From assembly GCA_039794345.1 (NCBI GenBank), contig JBDIVQ010000005.1:2132-66131 (forward strand): a stretch of DNA of 64,000 bases, given 5' to 3'. Shown here in pieces: positions 1-8,070 of this stretch. The DNA is from Phycisphaerae bacterium. GTDB taxonomy: Bacteria > Planctomycetota > Phycisphaerae > Phycisphaerales > UBA5793. The notes below the pieces were generated by a model. It did no database searches, was not told where the DNA came from, and worked only from the letters and a program-made list of their open reading frames with translations. Every line of letters begins with the position of its first letter. The stretch's first letter is position 1. The translations under genes were made by a program, and so were the position numbers.

Positions 1-403
1 GAGGAAAGAGCTGCCAATTCGGGCACACGTACCTGTAGTACCCCGTGGCGATGAGTTGCTCGCCGATGTCGTTTTCCGAGCGGCCGGGGGGGACGTTGAA
101 CCAGTACTCATCCATCCGCTCGTGGTAGCGGTAGACGTGCTCGCCGAGGGTGTCGATCGTGTACGCGACGGCCCGCGCATAGAGCACCTCCGCCTGCTCG
201 CGCGTGAAGCCGCGCTCCAGCCAGTGCTCGACCTGGAGGGGTCTGACGACCATCTTTCCCGTGAACTCCCAGCGGCCCGGCTCCTCACGCCACCGCTGCC
301 CCAGCGCCACGGCGGGGCTGTCAACAATCCAGATGCACACGAAAAGTGCGATCAGGGCGAGTGTCTTGGGGGGGGGGGGCACGTTGCGGGTGCGGTCGGT
401 CAT
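1..403 (-). CDS. hypothetical protein with hydrophobic N-terminus (secreted or membrane-anchored), 5' portion only; gene continues past the left edge
   Basis: Absent from the ORF track because it has no stop in the window. My reverse-strand translation starts at the ATG (cat at 401-403), which is preceded by GAGGGAGG. It reads MTDRTRNVPPPPKTLALIALFVCIWIVDSPAVALGQRWREEPGRWEF... and stays open to position 2. Nearly all third codon positions are G/C. Confidence 0.6.
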   Translation of the reverse strand, partial: MTDRTRNVPPPPKTLALIALFVCIWIVDSPAVALGQRWREEPGRWEFTGKMVVRPLQVEHWLERGFTREQAEVLYARAVAYTIDTLGEHVYRYHERMDEYWFNVPPGRSENDIGEQLIATGYYRYVCPNWQLFP

Positions 404-704
404 GGGAGCCTCCCTCTCGGTTGCAGTCAGAATAACCGATTTCGGGGCGGCTGTCAAGGCAAAAAAGCGCAACTCCACGATAATTCTGAAAGAAGTCCTC
501 TGGCATGCGGTTGATGGCCGAGACCGGAAGTCGCAAGTCGCTCTGCCTGAGCGGTTTGCCTCCCGGGCGCCGAGGTGCCGGGGCCTGGGATCAAGGTCTC
601 GATCCGCCCGCCGCTTGCAATCTCGACGATCGGAAGTATGATTGTGGAGGGGTCTGTCCACGATTCCGCGATCACGTCGCCGCCCGACTCGGAGGAGAGT
701 AGCC

Positions 705-2456
705 ATGCGCCTGTGCCTGCTCCTGTTGGCCTGTCTGCTGTCGATCGTTTCACGGGCGGGCGCGACAGGAGGCGGTTCAGCACCGCCGGCTGCTGCGCCT
801 GAGGAACCAGCGCTGGTGCAGTGGATCTTCTTCACTGACAAGGGCATCGCCTCGCCGGCGCAACTCGACGCGGCGCTGGCCCGCGTTGCGGCGGCGGCCG
901 ATCCGCGCACCGTTGCCCGGCGTCAGGCGCGGCGGACGCTGCCGGGGCTTTTCGATGAGCGCGACCTGCCGGTTGTGCCCGGCTATGTCGAGGCGGTGAG
1001 GGCCACGGGCGCACGGGTTCGCGTTGCCTCGATGTGGGTCAATGCCGTGAGCGTGGAAGCGACGGCCGAGCAACTCGCGGCGATTGAGCGATTGCCATTC
1101 GTGAAGACCACTCAACCCGTGGCCCGTTCGCGCCGCATCGAGCCGCGCATCGCGCCGGCGCCCGCCGCCGCGCCGGATCAGCGCCCCGCGGGTTTCTACG
1201 GCCTGGCCGAAGATCAACTCGCGCAGATCAACCTCATCGAACTTCATAGCGCCGGCTACACCGGCCGCGATGTGCGCATCGGCGTCCTCGACACCGGCTT
1301 TCTCCGCACTCACGACGCCTTCAATCATCCGGAGCATCCCCTCAACGTCGTCGCTGAGTGGGACTTCGTCTTCGATGACGGCAACACCGCCAACGAGGGC
1401 AACGACCATCCCGACCAGCACAACCACGGCACGATCATCCTCGGCACGCTGGGGGGCTACCTCCCCGGTGAATACGTCGGCGGCGCCTACGACGCCTCCT
1501 TCATCCTCTGCAAGACGGAGGACATCCGCAGCGAGACGCCCGTCGAGGAGGATTATTACGTCGCGGGCCTCGAGTTCATCGAGGCCAACGGGGGCGACAT
1601 GGCGACGGCGTCGCTCATCTACATCGACTGGTACACCCAGGAGCAACTCGACGGCCGGACCGCGGTCTGCACCATCGGCGTCAACATTGCCACCGCCAAC
1701 GGCGTTCACTGCTGCAACGCGGCAGGCAACATGGGGCACGACCAGAATCCTAATACGTCTCACCTCGGCGCGCCGGCCGACGCCTTCCAGGTCATCACCT
1801 GCGGCGCGGTCGAGCCGACGGGCGAGATCGCCGGCTTTTCCTCCGACGGGCCGACGGCGGACGGGCGCGTCAAGCCCGAGGTGCTGGCGCGGGGCACGCA
1901 GGCGTGGAGCGTGGCGCCGTGGGACAACCACGGCTGGGCGGAGGCAGCGGGCACATCCATGTCCACCCCACAGGTTGCCGCCGTCGTCGCCTGCCTCATC
2001 GACGCCCGGCCGAACTGGACCGTCGATCAACTGCGCGAATCGCTGTTCACCACCGCGGATTATTACGTTCTCAACGGCACGTTCGATCCGCTGCACGTCC
2101 ACGGCTACGGAGTCGTCAACGCGTATGATGCGCTCGGGCTGCTGCGCCTCGCGCCGCCCGATCCCGGGACGGCGGGCGTGAGCAACACCCTCACGGCAAC
2201 GGAGGCGGAGCCGGGCAGTCGCGTGTATTTCATCTACTCAATGAGCGAGGGATCGACGGCGGTGCCGAACTGCCCCGGCGTGGAAGTGGAACTGCGCCGG
2301 CCGGTGACCGCCGGCTCCGCGGTGGCGGATGGAAACGGCGCAGCGCAACTCGTGCGTTTCGTCCCCGGGGGCGCGTCGGGTCGAACGGTTCACATTCAGG
2401 CGGTGGACGCCGCGGCTTGTCGAACGTCCAACCATGTCGTGCATCAGTTCCCCTGA
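705..2456 (+). CDS. secreted subtilisin-like serine peptidase (S8 family)
   Basis: ORF 642..2456. Catalytic contexts are VLDTGF (Asp), HNHGT (His) and GTSMSTPQVAAV (Ser). The internal ATG at 705 gives a signal-like MRLCLLLLACLLSIVSRAGA and follows GGAGGAG. The 21 upstream codons are Arg-rich and are probably not translated. Confidence 0.9.
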   Translation: MRLCLLLLACLLSIVSRAGATGGGSAPPAAAPEEPALVQWIFFTDKGIASPAQLDAALARVAAAADPRTVARRQARRTLPGLFDERDLPVVPGYVEAVRATGARVRVASMWVNAVSVEATAEQLAAIERLPFVKTTQPVARSRRIEPRIAPAPAAAPDQRPAGFYGLAEDQLAQINLIELHSAGYTGRDVRIGVLDTGFLRTHDAFNHPEHPLNVVAEWDFVFDDGNTANEGNDHPDQHNHGTIILGTLGGYLPGEYVGGAYDASFILCKTEDIRSETPVEEDYYVAGLEFIEANGGDMATASLIYIDWYTQEQLDGRTAVCTIGVNIATANGVHCCNAAGNMGHDQNPNTSHLGAPADAFQVITCGAVEPTGEIAGFSSDGPTADGRVKPEVLARGTQAWSVAPWDNHGWAEAAGTSMSTPQVAAVVACLIDARPNWTVDQLRESLFTTADYYVLNGTFDPLHVHGYGVVNAYDALGLLRLAPPDPGTAGVSNTLTATEAEPGSRVYFIYSMSEGSTAVPNCPGVEVELRRPVTAGSAVADGNGAAQLVRFVPGGASGRTVHIQAVDAAACRTSNHVVHQFP

Positions 2457-2516
2457 CGCCCGGTGAGTGCATCGAGATGCAGATCGCCCGGCACGCCGAG
2501 GTATTCGAGGGCGCCG

Positions 2517-2650
2517 GGTGCCGTGGTCCGGAGGGAGGCTTTGCGACCGGAGGGCCACGTCGTTGTGCGGACGGTCGATCACACCGGATCAATCGTCATT
2601 CGCGCGTCCGCGTGGCCCGCGCTCCCAGAGCCTCGCTTGACCACGGCACC
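2517..2650. repeat. 134-nt rod-like nested hairpin element at the ftsI 3' end
   Basis: Four nested helices. Perfect 12-bp terminal inverted repeat: ggtgccgtggtc 2517..2528 / gaccacggcacc 2639..2650. Inner helices: gaggct 2535..2540 / agcctc 2629..2634; gggccacg 2552..2559 / cgtggccc 2611..2618; gcggacg 2567..2573 / cgtccgc 2605..2611. Confidence 0.75.
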
Positions 2651-2669
2651 CTACGTCTCACAGTCGTGC

Positions 2670-4448
2670 TCAGTTCCGCGCCGTCTCATCCAGCGCCAGA
2701 TCGCCCGGCACGCCGAGGTATTCGAGGGCACGGTTCATCATCGTCGCGGCGACGGGTCCGCACACGGCGCCGCCGAAGTGGCCGAGGCTGCGGTCGGGGT
2801 CTTCGATGATGCAGAGGACGACGAGGCGGGGATCGTCCAGCGGCGCGCCGGCGATGAAACTGATGATGTAGCGGTCCTTGTGGTAGCCGCGGCCATCGCG
2901 CCGCGGCATTTCGGCCGTGCCCGACTTGCCGAACATGCGATAGCGCGCGACTTCGTTGGCCTTGCGTCCGCTTCCCAGCGTCATCACCTTTCGCATCGTC
3001 TGGCGGGTGAGATGAGCGGTCGATTCGAGCATGGGCCGCTGTGTAACATAAGGCACAATCGGCACATCCTGTGTGGGGACGATGAGGTTGATCGGGGGCA
3101 TCGAGCCGTCGCGGCAGAAGGCGGCGAAGGCCCGCACCATCTGGAGGGGCGTCACCGCGATCTCATGCCCCATCGAGACGCTCGTCTGCGTGTAGTGCGT
3201 CCACTCCTTCGGTATCGTGACAATGCCGCCGGTTTCGCCGGGCAGGCCGCTGCCGGTGGGCCGGCCGAAGCCGAAGTCCGCCACGCACTGCTGCAACTGC
3301 CGGTCCGTGAGTCGCAGCGCCGCCTGGGCCATGCCGATGTTGCTCGATTTGATCATCACGCCTTCCCAGGTGAGTTCGGGGTAGGGATAGGCGTCGCTGA
3401 TGTGCCGGCCGCGCGGCGTGCGGTAGGAGCCGTTGTGCGTGTTGAAGACTTCATCGATGGGGACGAGGCCGAGTTCCGTCACCCGCGCCCACACAAAGGA
3501 CTTGAACGTCGAGCCGGGTTCATAGGGATCGGTGATGCAGCGAAGGCGCGCCAGGCTGGGGTCGAGGGCGCGCAGCGGATCATCGGTGTAGGGGCCGTAG
3601 CCGGGGCGGTCGCGCAGGAGATCGGTCATGGCGAGGATCTCGCCGCTGTGGGGATCGAAGATCATCGCCCGCCCGCCGCCGGCATTGACCGCCTCGACGC
3701 CGGCGCGAATCTCCTCCTCGACGATGCGCTGCATCTCGACGTCGATGGCGAGGCGCACGTGGCGTCCGTCGGCGCCGGGAACGTGCCCGTCGCGCTCGAC
3801 CCACATCGCGTTGCGGTTGACGTCGCGCAGGTAGCGGAGGCGTCCGGGCCGGCCGGTGAGGACGGAGTTGTAGATGGCTTCGACGCCGCTGCGGCCGATG
3901 TGGTCGGTCCCGACGAGTCCGATGAGCGGGGCCGCGAGGTCGCCGTAGGGCCGGTGGCGCACGAGGACCGGCTCGACGCCGACGCCGCGGAAACTCGCGG
4001 TTCTCACCGCTTCGAGTTCCGCATCGGTGAGCAGGTCGATGAGCACGGCATAGCGCTTGTCGAGCCGCTCCTGCACCTTGCGATCGAGTTCGACGGGGTT
4101 GCGGCCGAGGAGGCTCGCGATGTCGATGGCGATGGTGTAGGGATCATCGACCTCCTGCGGATCGACAAAGAGGCGGTAGCCGACGCGGCTGGTGGCAAGG
4201 ACGCGGCCGCGCCGATCAAGGATGTCGCCGCGGTTGGCCATCTCGGGCCGGGTGGAACTGGTGAGCGGCGTATGGCGCACCAGGTTCTCGCTCGGCGCCG
4301 TCTGGAGTTGCGCCACGCGCGCCAGAACGAGCATCATCGCGCCGATGACCGCCGCCACGAGGAGGTTGAGCGCCAGGCCGAAGCGCCGGGTTTCAGATGC
4401 TGCGGGTCGAGCGGGTTCGAGGTGCATGGGGGCGTGCGGCCCGTTCAT
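2670..4448 (-). CDS. ftsI: peptidoglycan D,D-transpeptidase FtsI / class B penicillin-binding protein
   Basis: Contains the transpeptidase motifs STFK (GSTFKSF), SSN (KSSNIG) and KSGT (GKSGTAE). It has an N-terminal TM helix (LALNLLVAAVIGAMMLVLA). Its start overlaps the stop of the upstream ftsL-like gene by 4 nt. Confidence 0.9.
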   Translation of the reverse strand: MNGPHAPMHLEPARPAASETRRFGLALNLLVAAVIGAMMLVLARVAQLQTAPSENLVRHTPLTSSTRPEMANRGDILDRRGRVLATSRVGYRLFVDPQEVDDPYTIAIDIASLLGRNPVELDRKVQERLDKRYAVLIDLLTDAELEAVRTASFRGVGVEPVLVRHRPYGDLAAPLIGLVGTDHIGRSGVEAIYNSVLTGRPGRLRYLRDVNRNAMWVERDGHVPGADGRHVRLAIDVEMQRIVEEEIRAGVEAVNAGGGRAMIFDPHSGEILAMTDLLRDRPGYGPYTDDPLRALDPSLARLRCITDPYEPGSTFKSFVWARVTELGLVPIDEVFNTHNGSYRTPRGRHISDAYPYPELTWEGVMIKSSNIGMAQAALRLTDRQLQQCVADFGFGRPTGSGLPGETGGIVTIPKEWTHYTQTSVSMGHEIAVTPLQMVRAFAAFCRDGSMPPINLIVPTQDVPIVPYVTQRPMLESTAHLTRQTMRKVMTLGSGRKANEVARYRMFGKSGTAEMPRRDGRGYHKDRYIISFIAGAPLDDPRLVVLCIIEDPDRSLGHFGGAVCGPVAATMMNRALEYLGVPGDLALDETARN

Positions 4449-4804
4449 CGGACCGCCTCCGTCGCGGCTGTCTCCAGCGCGCGATCAGGCAGCACCGCGG
4501 AGGCCGGCAGTTCGACGAGGTAACACTCGCTCAGCAGCAGCGGCACCAGCCGTTCACCGGTTTCCCGCTCGAGGGCGGAGGCGAGGGCGGCGACGCGATC
4601 CTGGCGGAGTCGCTCGTGAATCGCCACGCGCAGGCGCCAGGAGCGCTCCTCGTGCTGGAGGAGCCGCCGATGGGTGACCGACATCTGGTACGCCGCTTCA
4701 ATGCGCTGCTGGCGGATGACCAGCAGGCCGCACGACGTAGCGCCGGCGATGAGGACACAGACCGCGACCTTGGGAACGAGCGCCATATCCCACTTCATCG
4801 ACAC
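4445..4804 (-). CDS. FtsL-like cell-division membrane protein (small bitopic, coiled-coil)
   Basis: 119 aa with a single N-terminal TM (VAVCVLIAGATSCGLLVI) followed by a Arg/Glu-rich helical region. It sits immediately upstream of ftsI with an ATGA overlap. The assignment rests on architecture and position, not on a sequence motif. Confidence 0.55.
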   Translation of the reverse strand: MSMKWDMALVPKVAVCVLIAGATSCGLLVIRQQRIEAAYQMSVTHRRLLQHEERSWRLRVAIHERLRQDRVAALASALERETGERLVPLLLSECYLVELPASAVLPDRALETAATEAVR

Positions 4805-4881
4805 TCGACTTGAGCCGCGATGAATCGCGTCACGGCCCCGCGAGGCGTCAGCGCGTGCCCCCCTTCACGGGAAAGGTCGTC

Positions 4882-5766
4882 CTAGCGCACCGGGATGCGG
4901 ATCGTCTTTCCGATGGGCAGCACATCGGGGTTTCGGATAATGTCGCGGTTGAGCGCCACGATCTCGTGCCAGCGCCCTCCCTTGCCGAGGTGTTTCTTCG
5001 CCAGATCCCAGAGGCGATCGTCTTCACGGATCGTGTAGTCAATCGTCTTGATCGCAGTGCTTCTGGCCGGCGGGGCTTGCGCGGCAGGGGCGGTCGGCGT
5101 GTGGCCCGGGGGCGCGGTTCGTCCGCCCGTCAGCACGTCTTTCTGCGGCAGGATGATCGTCATGCCTGGAAGCAGCCGACTGGTCGGGGGAATGACGTCG
5201 GCATTGTGGCTGAGCAGCGCTTCGTAGAGTGAGCCATCGCCGTAGAACCTGCGGCAGAGGCCGTACAACGTATCGCCGTCGCGGACGACGTACCGCTCGC
5301 CCGACGCACGGCCGGCCGAAGACTCAGGAAGGACCGGCGTGGGGCCGGGGCCCATGATGATCGGCTCCGCCTGGCTCTCCCCGGAGTTCACATGCTGCTC
5401 ATACTCGGAGGCCTGACCGGTTCGCAGATCAAGGTCCGGGCCGGCAGAGCCGCCGGCGGGGGGAGGTGCAGTTCCGGCTCCCCCCTCGACCGTGGGCTGC
5501 ATCGCCCCCTGCGGCGGCTCAAAGAGCGTGATCTCCCGGTTGGCGGGCGCGTCGAAGGAAGTCGCCGCCGCCGACTCGCCGAACTGTCGGCGATACTGGT
5601 CGCCCATGCCCGAGGGCAGTTGGACGAGCGGACTGGGGGACGACGTCTCCTCGAGGCGCGCCAACTCGCCCTGCTGGGCAGGAGAGAGATGGTCGGCGAG
5701 CAGGATGGCCACGACCAGCAGAAGGCTGAATCCGACGATGAGTGCCAGTTTGTTTTCGCGTGTCAT
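4882..5766 (-). CDS. membrane-anchored protein with two C-terminal LysM peptidoglycan-binding domains
   Basis: N-terminal TM (LALIVGFSLLLVVAILLA), then a low-complexity linker. Two LysM-like units follow: YVVRDGDTLYGLCRRFYGDG...GMTIILP and YTIREDDRLWDLAKKHLGKGGRWHEIVALN...GKTIRIP. Confidence 0.8.
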   Translation of the reverse strand: MTRENKLALIVGFSLLLVVAILLADHLSPAQQGELARLEETSSPSPLVQLPSGMGDQYRRQFGESAAATSFDAPANREITLFEPPQGAMQPTVEGGAGTAPPPAGGSAGPDLDLRTGQASEYEQHVNSGESQAEPIIMGPGPTPVLPESSAGRASGERYVVRDGDTLYGLCRRFYGDGSLYEALLSHNADVIPPTSRLLPGMTIILPQKDVLTGGRTAPPGHTPTAPAAQAPPARSTAIKTIDYTIREDDRLWDLAKKHLGKGGRWHEIVALNRDIIRNPDVLPIGKTIRIPVR

Positions 5767-5868
5767 GTGCGCTGAGCCAACTCCATGCCGAGCGTCTTGC
5801 GATTGTCGTGGAATCCTTCCGCGAGGCTGCCCGGACGCTCCAGTCCGGGGCGACGGATCTTCGTCTCG

Positions 5869-6804
5869 TCAGGCGGGCGCCGCGATGCGGATGGCTCTGA
5901 GTTTAGCCGACCGCGCCCGGGGGTTCACCGTGGTCTCGTCTTCGCCTGCCGTAAGGGGCTTGCGGGTGATGCGTTCCGCTGCGCCCCGTTTCACCAGCGC
6001 CGCCATGCGCTGCTTGATGATGCGATCCTCCAGGGAGTGAAAGCCGATGAAGGCCAGCCGCGCTCCCGCGTTGAGCCATCCGGCGCTGCGGCGTGCTTCG
6101 TCGGCCGCGCGTTCCAGTTCATCCCACAACCCTTCGAGCCGGCCAAGTTCGTCGTTCACGGCGATGCGCAGGGCCATGAACGTCTTCGTCGCCGGATGCA
6201 TGCGGGAATGTCGCGCCCGGTTTCCATACGCCTCGCGCACCGCTTGCGCGAGGTGCAGCGTACTCTGTATCGGCTGAGCCGCTCGAATCGCGACAATCTG
6301 CCGGGCGATTTTTCGCGCCAGCGGCTCCTCGCCGCAGCGGAAGATCAGGTCCGCCAGTTCGCGCTCGCTCGATTCGTTGATGATCTGTTCGGCCGTCACC
6401 GCCGCCGTGGGATCGAGGCGCATGTCGAGCGGGCCGTCGGCGCGGAAGGAGAGCCCCCGCCTCGGATCATCCATCTGCGGGGAGGAGAACCCGAGGTCGG
6501 CGAGCACCATGTCGGCCCGGACTCCGTCGCGCCTCAGGATCGCCGGCGCATCGACGAAGTTTGCGTGGTGCGTCAGGACGCGGCAGCCCGTCGCCGCCAC
6601 CCGCGCGAGCGCGAACGCCGCGTTGGCCGGATCGAGGTCGAAGCCGATGACCCGCCCGCCCGGCCCGAGCAGCCGCCCGACCGCTTCGGCGTGCCCGCCG
6701 CGCCCGATGGTCAGGTCCACGAGCGTCTCGCCGACGCGCGGCGCGAGCGCCTGCAGCGCCTGTTCGAGCAGGACCGGCATGTGTCCGACCGCGTCAGGAC
6801 TCAA
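5869..6804 (-). CDS. rsmH: 16S rRNA (cytosine1402-N4)-methyltransferase RsmH (MraW)
   Basis: HMPVLLEQAL...LVDLTIGRGGHAEAV SAM-binding N-terminus. DLGFSSPQMD motif. C-terminal NPRARSAKLRA. The start may be the internal Met 8 codons downstream. Confidence 0.9.
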   Translation of the reverse strand: MSPDAVGHMPVLLEQALQALAPRVGETLVDLTIGRGGHAEAVGRLLGPGGRVIGFDLDPANAAFALARVAATGCRVLTHHANFVDAPAILRRDGVRADMVLADLGFSSPQMDDPRRGLSFRADGPLDMRLDPTAAVTAEQIINESSERELADLIFRCGEEPLARKIARQIVAIRAAQPIQSTLHLAQAVREAYGNRARHSRMHPATKTFMALRIAVNDELGRLEGLWDELERAADEARRSAGWLNAGARLAFIGFHSLEDRIIKQRMAALVKRGAAERITRKPLTAGEDETTVNPRARSAKLRAIRIAAPA

Positions 6805-6975
6805 GATGACCCATCGTAGCGCCCACCGCGCCTGACCCGGTCTCCATTCGATCGTTCAACTCGCCTCGATGAAGGCAAGAGCCGAGGAAACGGCGCACAA
6901 GCCCGGCGCCGGCGAGGCATTTGGGCCTGGCCCGTCCGAAGCGTGTGGCCCACGTTGAGCAAAGAGCTCGACGGC

Positions 6976-8001
6976 CTATTCGCTGACCGTCCACGTCGAG
7001 CCGGAGTTGAGGAGTTTCTCGAGGTCGCCTTCGCCTCGCTGGGCGACGGCCTTCTCGATCTGCTCGGTGAGCAGGTCCTCGTAGCAGGGCTTGTTGACGC
7101 GGAAGAAGACGCCCACCGGCTCGGGCAGGCCCTGAGTGTGGTGCATGCGGCTGAGCAGGAACGCGAGCGCCGGATCCGTCTCGTCGTGGAAGAGAAGATC
7201 ATCCTCCTTCACGTTCTCGAGACTGACGACCTCGAGGCGCGTGCTGTTGAGGCGAATGCCCTTGTCGCGGTTGCTGCCGAAGATGAGCGGCTTGCCGTGT
7301 TCGAGCAGGACGGTCGTCTCGCGCGCGGTGTCCTTTTCGGTGGCGTAGAAGAAGGCCTGGTGGTTGAAGACGTTGCAGTCCTGGTAGATTTCGACGAAGG
7401 CGGAGCCGCGATGTTCGGCGGCGGCCTTGAGCACGTCGGGCAGCACGTTCATCCCGCCTTTGTTCACGTCGGTGCATCGGGCGACGAAGGTCGCCTCGAC
7501 GCCGATGGCGAAACTGATGGGGTGGATGGGATGGTCGATCGATCCCATCGGGGTTGACTTGGTCTTGTGCCCGGTGAGGCTGGTGGGGGAGTACTGCCCC
7601 TTGGTCAGGCCGTAGATGCGGTTGTTGAAGAGCAGCACCTTGATGTTGACGTTGCGGCGGAGCATGTGCACCATGTGATTGCCGCCGATGGACAGGCCGT
7701 CGCCGTCGCCGGTCACCACCCAGACGTCGAGGTTGGGATTGGCGGACTTGACGCCCGTGGCGATCGCCGGGGCGCGCCCGTGAATGCCGTGGATGCCGTA
7801 CGTCCCCATGTAGTAGGGGAAACGGCTCGAACAGCCGATGCCGGAGACGAAGACGTAGTTCTCCTTGCGATGCTGGAGGTCCGGGAGAACCTTGCGCACG
7901 GCGGCGAGGATGGCGTAGTCGCCGCACCCCGGGCACCAGCGCACCTCCTGGTCGGTCGCGAAGTCCTTGGCGGTGTACTTGGGAAGTTCGATCTGCGTCA
8001 T
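6976..8001 (-). CDS. korB: 2-oxoglutarate/2-oxoacid:ferredoxin oxidoreductase, beta (TPP-binding) subunit
   Basis: WCPGCGDYAIL, GIGCSSRFPYY and VVTGDGDGLSIGGNH TPP-binding motifs. Adjacent to the alpha subunit. Confidence 0.9.
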   Translation of the reverse strand: MTQIELPKYTAKDFATDQEVRWCPGCGDYAILAAVRKVLPDLQHRKENYVFVSGIGCSSRFPYYMGTYGIHGIHGRAPAIATGVKSANPNLDVWVVTGDGDGLSIGGNHMVHMLRRNVNIKVLLFNNRIYGLTKGQYSPTSLTGHKTKSTPMGSIDHPIHPISFAIGVEATFVARCTDVNKGGMNVLPDVLKAAAEHRGSAFVEIYQDCNVFNHQAFFYATEKDTARETTVLLEHGKPLIFGSNRDKGIRLNSTRLEVVSLENVKEDDLLFHDETDPALAFLLSRMHHTQGLPEPVGVFFRVNKPCYEDLLTEQIEKAVAQRGEGDLEKLLNSGSTWTVSE

Positions 8002-8070
8002 GGAAGTCTCGATTCGATCGTGGATCGGGCGGCCCGCGGCCGGCCGGATGGGTCGTGTTCTGCGAGCGGG

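Noticed and set aside
2525-2545. GGTCCGGAGGGAGGC resembling the SRP (4.5S) RNA apical motif GGUCCGGAAGGAAGC
   Set aside because: The motif lies near the base of the 134-nt rod, not at its apex. The would-be tetraloop is GGAG rather than GNRA. The conserved AGCAGCC opposite strand is missing. The same core recurs in protein-coding repeat copies. An Rfam scan would settle it.
2463-4523. 686-aa plus-strand ORF, plus similar ones at 59562..61856 (+), 25486..27738 (-) and 43556..45214 (-)
   Set aside because: Each is antisense to a motif-supported gene (ftsI, the large amidohydrolase, the REC-HDOD gene, the NtrC-like gene) and lacks any motif of its own.
6801-7202. 133-aa minus-strand ORF as a possible mraZ upstream of rsmH
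   Set aside because: It overlaps the 3' end of korB in another frame. It is Ser/Arg-rich and has none of the duplicated SpoVT/AbrB-like MraZ sequence. I conclude that mraZ is absent here.
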